Positions 1-8,437 of a DNA stretch of 46,894 bases are shown piece after piece. The notes under the pieces were generated by a model. It was not told where the DNA came from. It searched no databases and worked only from the letters and a program-made list of their open reading frames with translations. A program made the translations under genes and the position numbers. Every line of letters begins with the position of its first letter. Positions within the stretch are counted from its first letter, which is position 1. Source of the DNA: an uncultured Nitrosopumilaceae archaeon (GTDB lineage Archaea; Thermoproteota; Nitrososphaeria; Nitrososphaerales; Nitrosopumilaceae); contig CAYGAM010000003.1 in the NCBI GenBank assembly GCA_964347915.1, positions 1 through 46,894 on the forward strand. Direction: 5' to 3'.

Positions 1-118
1 GCCTGTCCACGCTATTTCTATCCGCTTTTATGTTCGTCTCAAGAACGATGTTTCCAGCAGCATCCATGGCTGCGACTTGAATCGTCGCCTTGTGAACATC
101 CATTCCAACATACAGCAT
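1..118 (-). CDS. IS110-family (DEDD) transposase, first 39 codons only; continues past the left window edge
   Basis: My translation of the minus strand from the ATG at 118-116 gives MLYVGMDVHKATIQVAAMDAAGNIVLETNIKADRNSVDR. The VGxDVHK...V..D..G start is typical of IS110/IS1111 transposase N-termini. This is a different frame from the 28..210 track ORF. Confidence 0.6.
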   Translation of the reverse strand, partial: MLYVGMDVHKATIQVAAMDAAGNIVLETNIKADRNSVDR

Positions 119-575
119 AGAATCCTTCTTTTTTGGGGTAATTTTTTTGTTTCTTTTGCGGCAATTCTTGCCGGCAGCTGCCTTCTTTCCTGCATGCTTG
201 TCATCTGCATGGGTTGATCCCCTCACATACGACTACGAAAATTGGTAAAAAAAACGGCGTACGCCAATGGTTTTCGCCGTTTTTCTCAAATTTGAACGCC
301 TTGTCATATTTTCAAAAGCAGGCAATTTCAGGCAATGGAGCGGTCAGGTTTTAACGTCGCGGACCACATGGCCTAGCAAAGGCGCGAAAATCTCCAACCA
401 GAATCATTTGTGCTATCGGAAATTTTGATTTTCGCACTCTTTCCGGCCGCCAGAAATTTCATGCAGCTGCTGTGCAATGCAGGCGCATTGGACAAAGTAA
501 AAGCCAGGTTCGGCACAAGCATTCACTTCTCATGAGGACGTTTTGGAAATATGCATGTTGGCAGTTTTAGATGAG

Positions 576-659
576 CGCGGGGAGGGGGATTTGAACCCCC
601 GTGTTCTTGCGAACATGGGATTAGCAATCCCACGCCCTACCAGGCTAGGCGATCCCCGC
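576..659 (-). tRNA. tRNA-Ser (anticodon GCT), class II with a long variable arm; no encoded CCA
   Basis: Reverse complement is GCGGGGATCGCCTAGCCTGGTAGGGCGTGGGATTGCTAATCCCATGTTCGCAAGAACACGGGGGTTCAAATCCCCCTCCCCGCG. Acceptor stem is GCGGGGA/TCCCCGC, anticodon stem TGGGA/TCCCA with loop TTGCTAA, T-arm GGGGG-TTCAAAT-CCCCC. The long extra arm TGTTCGCAAGAACACG fits Ser. Confidence 0.9.
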
Positions 660-683
660 ACGCATTTGTTCTGGCGCGCCTTC

Positions 684-692
684 AATTATAAT
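684..692 (-). promoter_or_regulatory. Candidate archaeal TATA box for tRNA-Ser
   Basis: The minus strand reads TTATAATTG about 26-32 nt upstream of the tRNA 5' end at 659. This is the usual archaeal TATA-to-start distance. Confidence 0.3.
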
Positions 693-702
693 CGTATATA
701 GA

Positions 703-816
703 AGCGCCAGCTAAGCGGAATATGCCCGAAGATGTCGCCTGGTTTGTGCTGGACCGCCACCAAATACCAGAGGAAGAGAGCGCCAGCTAAGCTGAATATG
801 CCCGAAGATGTCGCCT
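703..816. repeat. Two copies of a 38-bp direct repeat (703-740 and 779-816), 1 mismatch, 76-bp period
   Basis: agcgccagctaagcGgaatatgcccgaagatgtcgcct versus agcgccagctaagcTgaatatgcccgaagatgtcgcct, read directly from the sequence. Confidence 0.9.
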
Positions 817-1265
817 CTGTCTTGTCATTGTCTATGATTTGTGGCCTGCTTTAATTATGCCTGATTTTTGTAGGTGCTGGATCTTCGGCTCATTTTGCCT
901 GTTTGTCCATTTGAAGTCTGTTCCATAACCCAGCCTGAACACGCAAAAAACGACAAGAACCTTGCGCCTAGAACCACAGCTATGTAACAGGCTTGTATAA
1001 ACTCAGTAACGAAATATGCCGATAAAACAAAAGCCAGGCACTCTGAAGCATGGCTCAAATCATGCCCAACGACAAGGCAAGGATAACTGCTCTGACTGCA
1101 TTTCGCTTAGATGAAGCTCGGATGCAGGCATCCATGCAAGAGACAGTCGCTGCTGGCGCTATGCCTATGCAAATTCGCTACTCCCCCTCTCTCCTTCAAG
1201 CATGCTACAGCACTGTCTGCCCATTATTGATTTAAATTAGTACAGGACATATTATCGATTCAAAG

Positions 1266-2714
1266 ATGCAGCGCGAGTCACCAAGAAAAGCGGGAGAGAT
1301 GGAATATGTTTTAGAGCCCAGTCCGTCAAACGGCATGTCGGTGCCGGTGAGGATATTTGCAGACAGCGCCCTGATGCAAAAGATGCTTAGCGACAGAACG
1401 ATTATGCAGGCAGCAAACGTAGCGTCAATGCCTGGCATAGTAGGACACGGCGTAGTGCTTCCAGACGGGCATGAGGGATACGGATTTCCGGTAGGCGGCG
1501 TGGCCGCAATGGACGCAGAGGAGGGGATGATAAGCCCGGGAGGCGTAGGATATGACATCAACTGCGGAGTGCGGCTTTTGCGGGTAAACCTGACAGAGGA
1601 AGAGCTGCGGCCCAGGCTCAAAAATGTCGTCCTGGATCTCTTCAATGCAGTGCCGTCCGGCGTCGGCGCCAAGGGCACGGTGAAACTGAGCCGCTCGCAG
1701 CTAGACGAAGTGATGGTTCGCGGAGTGCGGTGGGCCATAGACAACGGATACGGCACGCAGAACGATGCCGACGCATGCGAGGAGAGCGGCACTATACCCG
1801 GAGCAGACCCAGGCAGTGTCTCAGAAAGGGCGGCAAAGCGCGGCATTCTGCAGCTCGGAAGCCTGGGCTCTGGAAACCACTTTCTTGAGATACAAAAGGT
1901 GGCGGAAATTTACGATGAAAAGGCGGCTGCAAGAATGGGAATACGAAAAGGCCAGGCAACCGTCCTGGTGCACTGCGGTTCGCGGGGCTTTGGCCACCAA
2001 ATATGCTCGGACTATCTTCGCGTATCAGAGCAGGCTTTGACAAGGCTCGGCATAAAGTTAAAGGACAGGGAGCTCGCATGCGTGCCAAACGCATCAGAGG
2101 AAGGCGAGTCCTACAGGAGCGCAATGTTTGCTGCGCTGAATTTTGCATGGAGCAACAGGCAGATGATAACGCATTGGATTAGGCGTTCGTTTGAGCGCGT
2201 CTTTGGCCAAGCCGAATCTGATCTTGGGATGGACCTGATATACGATGTATCCCACAACATAGCAAAGATAGAAGAGCACAATGTAGGCGGCGCAAAGAAA
2301 AAAGTCATAGTCCACAGAAAGGGCGCGACCAGGGCGTATCCTGCCGGAATGGAAGAAATACCCGCAAAGTACAGGGATCTTGGACAGCCTGTATTCATAC
2401 CCGGATCCATGGGAACTTCCAGCTGGATTCTTTTAGGACAGCAGGGATCCATGGATCTCACGTTCGGGTCGACAGCACACGGCGCCGGAAGAGTCATGTC
2501 CCGCTCAAAGGCAAGGAGGCAGTATACGGAAGACGGAATCAAAAAGCAGCTGTCCGAGAGGGGCGTTTTTGTAAAGTCGCTGACAAGGAACGGCGTTGTA
2601 GAAGAGGCTCCGCAGGCATACAAGGACGTAGACAGCGTGGTTGAGGTATCCCACAGGCTCGGAATAGCCACAAAAGTAGCAAGGCTGGTGCCCATAGGAG
2701 TGATAAAGGGATGA
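1266..2714 (+). CDS. rtcB: RNA-splicing (3'-phosphate/5'-hydroxyl) ligase RtcB
   Basis: 482-aa ORF with RtcB hallmark blocks: GYGFPVGGVAA, GGVGYDINCGVR, GSGNHFLE, HCGSRGFGHQ, HRKGATRA, GSMGTSS, STAHGAGR. An alternative start at the MEYV Met a few codons downstream is possible. Confidence 0.95.
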   Translation: MQRESPRKAGEMEYVLEPSPSNGMSVPVRIFADSALMQKMLSDRTIMQAANVASMPGIVGHGVVLPDGHEGYGFPVGGVAAMDAEEGMISPGGVGYDINCGVRLLRVNLTEEELRPRLKNVVLDLFNAVPSGVGAKGTVKLSRSQLDEVMVRGVRWAIDNGYGTQNDADACEESGTIPGADPGSVSERAAKRGILQLGSLGSGNHFLEIQKVAEIYDEKAAARMGIRKGQATVLVHCGSRGFGHQICSDYLRVSEQALTRLGIKLKDRELACVPNASEEGESYRSAMFAALNFAWSNRQMITHWIRRSFERVFGQAESDLGMDLIYDVSHNIAKIEEHNVGGAKKKVIVHRKGATRAYPAGMEEIPAKYRDLGQPVFIPGSMGTSSWILLGQQGSMDLTFGSTAHGAGRVMSRSKARRQYTEDGIKKQLSERGVFVKSLTRNGVVEEAPQAYKDVDSVVEVSHRLGIATKVARLVPIGVIKG

Positions 2715-3088
2715 GCGCAGACGATGAGCTTGAGAGAATAAAGGCAAAGCGGCTGGCTGAAATGCAGCGAAACCTCTCAAGACAGGCAGAATCCGAGCAG
2801 GCGCAGCCCAAAAAAAGAACGGCAAGGGACATTCTCACCGAGCGGCTAGGGTATCGCGGAATCGAAGTTTTGGAGGCTGCCGAGGCTCAGTTTCCAGCAC
2901 AGGCCAGTGCAATAACGGAAAAACTGGCCGAGCTTGTCCTGCGCGGCGAAGTTGAGGGCGCGATAGACGGGGGCGAACTGCTGTCGCTGTACCGCATAGT
3001 CGGACTGCGGGTGCGCGTAAACACAACCATAAGCGTGGAAAAAGACGGCAAGAAAGTTTCGCTCTCGGACAAGCTGCGACTTGGATGA
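2711..3088 (+). CDS. PDCD5/TFAR19-like small DNA-binding protein (COG2118-type)
   Basis: 125 aa; the start overlaps the rtcB stop (ATGA at 2711-2714). It has a charged N-terminal helix ELERIKAKRLAEMQR, then ILTE.L...G.EVL..AEAQFP..A..I..KL.ELV..GEV.G.IDG.ELL, which matches the PDCD5 family pattern from memory. Pattern-level match only. Confidence 0.5.
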   Translation: MSADDELERIKAKRLAEMQRNLSRQAESEQAQPKKRTARDILTERLGYRGIEVLEAAEAQFPAQASAITEKLAELVLRGEVEGAIDGGELLSLYRIVGLRVRVNTTISVEKDGKKVSLSDKLRLG

Positions 3089-3097
3089 TGATCGCTT

Positions 3098-3412
3098 TTG
3101 TGCGCCGTATTTAATCTGAGTACGACAAAGTATGACGACTCTTCATTTCAGATAAAAAAGGCGCTCTCGCACCTTGAGACGCTCTGCTGCACGCGCGGCG
3201 GCTACAGCATGGGCGCGCCGGAATCAAAATTTGGCTGGACGTTTTTTCAGCTCATAATCCAGCCGCCGCTGCAAAGCTGCATAGAGGCAAAATTTGCAGA
3301 CATGCTAGGCAAATATCGGTTCAGCAAAAAGCACGAAAAGTTGGCAAAATTTCTTGGCGACTATCTGAATGCAAAAGACTGCAACGTGAAAATAAGGCTG
3401 ATCGACTACTGA
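3098..3412 (+). CDS. Hypothetical protein (TTG start, weak)
   Basis: Only an open frame of 104 codons. No recognisable motif and a non-ATG start. Confidence 0.2.
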   Translation: MCAVFNLSTTKYDDSSFQIKKALSHLETLCCTRGGYSMGAPESKFGWTFFQLIIQPPLQSCIEAKFADMLGKYRFSKKHEKLAKFLGDYLNAKDCNVKIRLIDY

Positions 3413-3454
3413 TCTACAAAGAATTTTAAGGCAAGCATGGAAGACGAGATTCAA

Positions 3455-3546
3455 GCTCCAGTGGTGTAGTCCGGTCAAGCATACTGCCCTTTCAAGGCAG
3501 TGATCTCGGGTTCAAAATCTTTCAGATGAAATTCCCGACTGGAGCA
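3455..3546 (+). tRNA. tRNA-Glu (anticodon TTC) with a 16-nt non-canonical insert (intron) in the T-loop
   Basis: Acceptor is GCTCCAG/CTGGAGC plus discriminator A. D-arm is GTGT-AGTCCGGTCAA-GCAT. Anticodon arm is CTGCC-CTTTCAA-GGCAG. The T-stem TCGGG/CCCGA encloses 23 nt (TTCAAAATCTTTCAGATGAAATT) instead of 7. The excess contains a small hairpin, ATCT-TTC-AGAT. Confidence 0.8.
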
Positions 3547-3861
3547 CTAAATTATGCGGCGCGTCTTTCCTGGGAAGTCAAACCTGCCACGGCATGAGAC
3601 AGTTCCGGTGCATCTCCGTCCCGGTGCAAGGTCGTACTGGTACGGAACTGTTCTGGCACATGCCGGACAAAAATGCCGGCCATTGGAAGATTAATCAATA
3701 TGAGAGCAATGCATATCGCGCATCGCGAATCATCCATGCATTTTCTGCAAGAGTACAGCCAAGCTAAACGCACCTCGCGATTGAAAGCTCGGTCGGCGGC
3801 TTGGGCTCAAGCAGAGGCTGTTCCATCTGCTTGAATGTCAGCATTGTCGCCATGATATCTG

Positions 3862-3882
3862 ATCCAGAGTCCATTTCGCTTA
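3862..3882. repeat. Left copy of a perfect 21-bp direct repeat, atccagagtccatttcgctta
   Basis: Identical 21-mer at 5262-5282. Flanks are partly similar (7 of the 12 preceding nt match). Confidence 0.9.
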
Positions 3883-3925
3883 TCTGTATGAAGCGTTAGT
3901 TTAATATTTCCACTGGAATACTGTA

Positions 3926-4573
3926 ATGTACATGAGCATAACTGAAACCATATTGTCCAAAGAACAACCCAGAAAAATTGGAAAGGCAATCAATGCCACG
4001 ACAATCTATGTTCCCAGCGAAGTTGAAGAATATCTCCGCGTAGGCGACAGCATAACCCTCAATGCAGTCATCGTAGGAGACCAGCTAAAACTTACACTCA
4101 GCAAGCCGCTATACAATTTTGGCATTGCCGACGTAGCAAGGCTGTCGGACGAGACGGGATTCAAAACGAACTATTGCGGTACGCTAGGAGGCGTGACTAC
4201 GTTTGAGTCGGTCAAAGACGATTTAACGTTAAGCTATACTCAAGACCGCATAGACATCATCCAGCCAGCTTATGTAACAGTTTCAAAAAAACTGACAAAC
4301 GTAGACTATGGCACATATGAGGACATTTTATTGCGTGCATCAAAGATGAAAAAGAAATTCGATGTCATTGTCAGTCCGGACGGAGATATTGACATCATAA
4401 GAGCGATAAGAGACCCCGAGCGCTACAAGATAACCAGAAAAAAGGCATTTGAGATGATAAAAAAAGGCGGACACAAAGTTGGAATGTCAGTCACTTGCAG
4501 GCTTAACAGCAAAAATAACGGTATTGAGGAAATAACAGATTTCATTGCCGCGTCGTCAAAACTAAATTTTTAA
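3926..4573 (+). CDS. Hypothetical protein, possible N-terminal AbrB/SpoVT-like swapped-hairpin domain
   Basis: 215 aa. The N-terminus IGKAINATTIYVPSEVEEYLRVGDSITLNAVIVGDQLKLTL resembles AbrB/MazE-type DNA-binding folds. An A/T-rich TTTAATATT lies about 25 nt upstream of the ATG. The 3' end overlaps the convergent gene by 12 nt. Confidence 0.45.
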   Translation: MYMSITETILSKEQPRKIGKAINATTIYVPSEVEEYLRVGDSITLNAVIVGDQLKLTLSKPLYNFGIADVARLSDETGFKTNYCGTLGGVTTFESVKDDLTLSYTQDRIDIIQPAYVTVSKKLTNVDYGTYEDILLRASKMKKKFDVIVSPDGDIDIIRAIRDPERYKITRKKAFEMIKKGGHKVGMSVTCRLNSKNNGIEEITDFIAASSKLNF

Positions 4574-5119
4574 TTTTTTTCTGAGCGATGTTATAAAAGC
4601 TCTAAAAACCTGCGTTGTCTTGGAGCACCGGTTTAGATCAGTCAAAACTACTTTGAGCGGATCATAAGATTTTATCTCGTCGCTACCCCCAATCTTAGAG
4701 ACAATCACTGCAATCACATCTACTCCTGCATCGTTGAATAAGTTCTGCCATGTGCTGATCTGATCCATTTTGTCATCACTGCATACAATTATTCCATGCG
4801 TTGCGGCTTTGCAGATTTGTATTGTCTCTTCTGAAATGATGCCTGGAGCATCGCCCACAATAATGTCGCATTCCTTGGAAGTGTTTTTGAATCTGCGGCA
4901 TGCTTCTTCGACATCTTTGGCGGCAACGGACTTTCGTTTTTGTCTGTCTCGCTGTTCTTTGGTTATATTGCCATGCAAATAGTCTAAAGTCGGCGACCAA
5001 AGATCTATGTCTGCGGATTCTGCATTCACATATTGGCCGCGCAAGATTTCAACCAAGTTTTCGGTAAATGTGCTTTTGCCTGAGTTTGGTGACCCGCCTA
5101 CAATGATGCGAATTGGCAA
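4562..5119 (-). CDS. Small P-loop NTPase, GTPase-like
   Basis: 185 aa, TTG start. Walker A is GGSPNSGKST eight residues from the N-terminus. IIVGDAPG gives a DxxG/Walker B-like motif, and VSKIGG may be a degenerate NKxD. A TATAAT-like element lies about 30 nt upstream. Confidence 0.6.
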   Translation of the reverse strand: MPIRIIVGGSPNSGKSTFTENLVEILRGQYVNAESADIDLWSPTLDYLHGNITKEQRDRQKRKSVAAKDVEEACRRFKNTSKECDIIVGDAPGIISEETIQICKAATHGIIVCSDDKMDQISTWQNLFNDAGVDVIAVIVSKIGGSDEIKSYDPLKVVLTDLNRCSKTTQVFRAFITSLRKKLKI

Positions 5120-5261
5120 TTCATATACTGTAATTTACGGTATTTGTATTATACTATTTGGAAGATTAAATGCCCGGTCATTGCCAGCTGCATGCGAGCA
5201 GAGCAAATTGTGTTAGATGGTAGCACCCATGAATGAGTCCAAACCACCATCATGCCATCCA

Positions 5262-5282
5262 ATCCAGAGTCCATTTCGCTTA
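5262..5282. repeat. Right copy of the perfect 21-bp direct repeat
   Basis: Identical to 3862-3882. The minus-strand translation around both copies is also similar (KRNGLWIRYHGD versus KRNGLWIGWHDG). Confidence 0.9.
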
Positions 5283-5615
5283 GATGAAATACGGTACGCA
5301 TGTGCTAGAAAACAGCCACATCAACCCCCCAAAACCCGCCAAGACTGCATTCATGGCCGCATTGAGTCAGCGTACGGCGTGCCGCGCAGCAGAGTTTGAT
5401 GACGGTGGTGACGATATCAATGACTATCCGCACGCATTAGGCACGAACAGCATGCAGGAATTTGCAAGACCAAGACGACTTCGCATGCATGCCTAAGATA
5501 CCAGGGAGGGCATGCGGGAACGGCGTGCAGAAATGCCAAGCAGAAAGAATCATGCAGGAACAGATTGAGAATGCAGCGGTGCCAGAATTGAATGGTTCTA
5601 GAGTGCAAATCTCGC

Positions 5616-5675
5616 AGGAACGGTTCCTTGGCGAACATCTCCTTTAGGAGCGGTTCTTTTAGGAACGGTTCCTGG
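5616..5675. repeat. Four tandem 15-bp units; units 1 and 4 contain the inverted repeat AGGAAC-G-GTTCCT
   Basis: The units are aggaacggttccttg / gcgaacatctccttt / aggagcggttctttt / aggaacggttcctgg, starting at 5616, 5631, 5646 and 5661. They lie just upstream of the polyprenyl synthase ORF. Confidence 0.7.
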
Positions 5676-5697
5676 GAACAGTGCAGTCTGCAATGCC

Positions 5698-6660
5698 ATG
5701 CCAGAGACGACGCACCGCACGCAAAGCAGTGCGGGCGCAATTCAGCATCTGCGATCATCACATCAAGGTTTAATTACAAACCAAAAAGGATCAATTACAA
5801 GAATTGTCTTGGACAGAAAGAATTTAAAAATAAATCCGCTGCTTGAAACGTACGGAGCATACATCGATATCATAAACAGATCCCTGGAACGAGAGCTTGA
5901 CATGTACAGCAGATCCGAGTTCATAGAGCCGCTAAAGTACTCAATCAAGAACGGAAAGCGCATAAGGCCGCTCATACTAATCCTTGCAGCAGAGTCTGCA
6001 GGAAAGGTTGATGAAAAGACGTATGCAGCATCGTGCGCAGTCGAGTTTCTTCATACGGAATCCGTAATACACGACGACATAATAGACAACGAAACGTCGC
6101 GCAGGCAGCGGGATCCGTTTCATGTCAGGTACGGCTACAACACAAGCATCCTGACAGGCGACTTTGTGCTGGGACTGATTCTCAATATCTCATCCAGGCT
6201 TGACAGCCCCAGAATAACCAAGGACCTTGCAACAACGGCGATGCTCATGAGCGAGGGCGAGATGATAGAGACGCAGCTTGAAGCCGGCGGCGATGTTACA
6301 TTCGACGACTATCTCAAAGTGATAGAATACAAGACCGCTACGGCGTTTGAGGTATCGGCAAGAATCGGAGCCATAATCGGAGGCGGAACGGAAGAGCAGA
6401 TAGGCATCATGACAGAGTATGGCAGAAACGTAGGAATAGCATATCAGATACGGGACGATTTGCTGGACTGGAAGAACGAGGACAAGCTGTTTAACATGCT
6501 GATAAAAAAGAGCCAGGACCCAAGAGACGTATTCGACAAGATGGAAGACATGCTCAAGGATTATGCAGACCTGGCAGCGGAAAGCCTCAGGCGAATGCCG
6601 GACAGCAATCCCAAGGCGCTGCTAAAACAGCTCATACAATTTACCAGATTCAAGCCGTAA
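5698..6660 (+). CDS. Polyprenyl (geranylgeranyl-type) diphosphate synthase
   Basis: Both aspartate-rich motifs are present: FLHTESVIHDDIIDNETSRRQRDP (first DDxxD) and AYQIRDDLLDW (second DDxxD). The true start is uncertain. An in-frame TTG at 5809 would remove a non-conserved 37-aa leader. Confidence 0.9.
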   Translation: MPETTHRTQSSAGAIQHLRSSHQGLITNQKGSITRIVLDRKNLKINPLLETYGAYIDIINRSLERELDMYSRSEFIEPLKYSIKNGKRIRPLILILAAESAGKVDEKTYAASCAVEFLHTESVIHDDIIDNETSRRQRDPFHVRYGYNTSILTGDFVLGLILNISSRLDSPRITKDLATTAMLMSEGEMIETQLEAGGDVTFDDYLKVIEYKTATAFEVSARIGAIIGGGTEEQIGIMTEYGRNVGIAYQIRDDLLDWKNEDKLFNMLIKKSQDPRDVFDKMEDMLKDYADLAAESLRRMPDSNPKALLKQLIQFTRFKP

Positions 6661-6831
6661 TCGCGATCTGCGGCCCGATGCAGCTCAGGAATTATTGGAC
6701 AGTACGGCTGATGCGGCGCGAGCCTTGCTGTCGAGTTTTTGCAGATGCTTCGCGAGAATCATTGCAGGACAGTACTGCACGAAACATCATCGCACACTCT
6801 GCAAGACGCAAAAATGCAAAATGCAGAAACT

Positions 6832-8436
6832 CTACAGCTTGATATCAGGCAGGCCGGACTCTGCAAGATCATCCATGGAATCGTCCCGCCCCAGCATGCC
6901 AGGCGCCGCCGAGTCAGCGCCTGCCGACTCCAGCATGCCTGCATCATCTGCCAGGATGGGCATCTCCATCAAAAGATCGGGCGCGGCATCGTCGGCAAAC
7001 TGCACCAGCGGATCCGAATACACTCCAAATCCCACCATGAATAGGATTGAGAATATCATAATAGCGACAATCGGCCGAGGCTCTGATACGCGCTTTTCAG
7101 TCTCGCCTTCAAAGTACATCTTTCGTATTATCCAGCCGTAATAAGCCAGCGACAGCGCGCTGTTGAGCACGCCTGCAATCGCAAGCCACGGAGCCCACCA
7201 GACAAGGGTTCCCGCGTCTATTGCAGAGCCAAAGAGCAGCAGCTTGCTCCAAAATCCGTTCAGCGGCGGGACGCCGGCCAAGGCCAAAAGCGATATCACA
7301 AGCCCAAGCGAGGTAATGGGCATTTTTCTTCCCAGCCCTTTGAGCTTGTCAATGTGCGTTACGGCAAGGGCTGTAACGATGCCGGCAACTGCAACAAACG
7401 CCGCGCCCTTCATTACTGAATGATTCAGTATGTGAAAGAGCGAGCCGGCAATTCCGGCATCAGAGTACGGCGCAACAGAGAGTCCGATCAGTATGTATCC
7501 GGCATGCCCGATGCTAGAGTACGCCAGCATTCTAGAGACGCTTTTCTGCATGATGGCAGCCACGTTTCCTACGGTCATGGTCATAACAGCAATCACCCCC
7601 AGCGCAAGCGTCCAGTCCAGCTGCAGGGCCACCATTCCCAGGACGATGACCCGGATTGCAGCAGCAAATCCCGCCTTTTTGGTAGCAGCTGCCAGCAGGG
7701 CCGCAATCGGAGCGGGCGCGCCCTCGTACGTGTCCGGCAGCCACATGTGAAACGGCACCAGCCCCATCTTGAATCCGAATCCTGCAATGAACATGCCGAT
7801 AGTCAAGAGTCCCAGCGGAACCATCGCCTCGTCCAGATTCGCCATTCCCTGGACTACTTCGGCAATGTTAGTCGAGCCTGTCAGCCCGTACGCCATGGAT
7901 ATTCCGTATATTATCAGCGCCGATGCAAGCGCGCCAAACAAGAAATACTTGATGGCGGCCTCGTTTGAGCTCGGATCCCGCTTCATGTACCCTGCAAGAA
8001 CATACGTCGGAATGCTCATCAGCTCCCACGCTACAAAGAGCATCACCAAGTCAGTCGAGTATGCCACAAGCACCATGCCGACAGCAGAGAGCAGTATCAG
8101 GGAATAGTATACGGCAATGTTGCTTTGTCCCTTCATGTAGCTGAGCGAGCTGACAGCTGTCATTGCTGCCACTATCAGCATCGCCACTGCAAAGATGCCG
8201 CCAAACATGTCATCAGAGAGCACGTTGAAAGAAAGCGACGCTTCCGGTTCCGGAATGCCAGAGGCAATGCGGTACAGCGCGTACGATACGGCGGCAAGTA
8301 TTCCGCCGATTGCAATAGCTCCGTAAAGATGGTTGGATTCGCGATCCTTTCTTGCTATGCTTATGACAGGCAGCAGCACGCCTATTGCGCCCAGCATGGC
8401 AGTGAGTACGATTGGCGTAGAGTCAAGCGCTATCAT
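6832..8436 (-). CDS. nuoN: NADH-quinone oxidoreductase subunit N
   Basis: 534-aa polytopic antiporter-like protein with the NuoN-type motif PFHMWLPDTYEGAPAPIAALLA. It has an acidic, non-membrane C-terminal tail of roughly 60 aa. Confidence 0.9.
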   Translation of the reverse strand: MIALDSTPIVLTAMLGAIGVLLPVISIARKDRESNHLYGAIAIGGILAAVSYALYRIASGIPEPEASLSFNVLSDDMFGGIFAVAMLIVAAMTAVSSLSYMKGQSNIAVYYSLILLSAVGMVLVAYSTDLVMLFVAWELMSIPTYVLAGYMKRDPSSNEAAIKYFLFGALASALIIYGISMAYGLTGSTNIAEVVQGMANLDEAMVPLGLLTIGMFIAGFGFKMGLVPFHMWLPDTYEGAPAPIAALLAAATKKAGFAAAIRVIVLGMVALQLDWTLALGVIAVMTMTVGNVAAIMQKSVSRMLAYSSIGHAGYILIGLSVAPYSDAGIAGSLFHILNHSVMKGAAFVAVAGIVTALAVTHIDKLKGLGRKMPITSLGLVISLLALAGVPPLNGFWSKLLLFGSAIDAGTLVWWAPWLAIAGVLNSALSLAYYGWIIRKMYFEGETEKRVSEPRPIVAIMIFSILFMVGFGVYSDPLVQFADDAAPDLLMEMPILADDAGMLESAGADSAAPGMLGRDDSMDDLAESGLPDIKL

Positions 8437-8437
8437 G

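Noticed and set aside
28-210. 60-aa minus-strand ORF from the track at the left edge
   Set aside because: A neighbouring frame starting at 118 gives a textbook IS110 transposase N-terminus. The 28..210 frame is Arg/Lys-rich with no motif, so it is treated as an overlapping shadow frame.
251-284. Hairpin aaaacggcg-N15-cgccgtttt followed by T residues
   Set aside because: The loop is large and no gene ends just upstream in the right orientation. It may be incidental.
703-816. Possible mini-CRISPR (38-bp repeat, 38-bp spacer)
   Set aside because: There are only two repeat copies, no further units, no cas genes in the window, and the repeat has no obvious palindromic stem. I saw no CRISPR array elsewhere in the window.
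855-1235. Small ORFs 855..1058 (-) and 1050..1235 (+) upstream of rtcB
   Set aside because: They are short, have no motifs and overlap each other. The minus-strand one is hydrophobic, but there is no supporting promoter or conservation evidence visible.
1232-1846. 204-aa ORF antisense to rtcB
   Set aside because: It lies entirely within the strongly supported rtcB gene on the opposite strand. Its Ser/Pro/Thr-rich composition is typical of antisense frames in G+C-rich genes.
3085-3140. Possible C/D-box sRNA (ATGATGA at 3085, CTGA at 3116, TGACGA at 3133)
   Set aside because: The box spacing (24 nt between the C and D' candidates) does not fit the archaeal 12-nt guide architecture, and no proper terminal D box is present.
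2715-3454. Expected archease gene next to rtcB
   Set aside because: The gene following rtcB matches the PDCD5-like pattern rather than archease, and the next ORF (3098..3412) has no archease-like features. Archease is therefore not encoded here.
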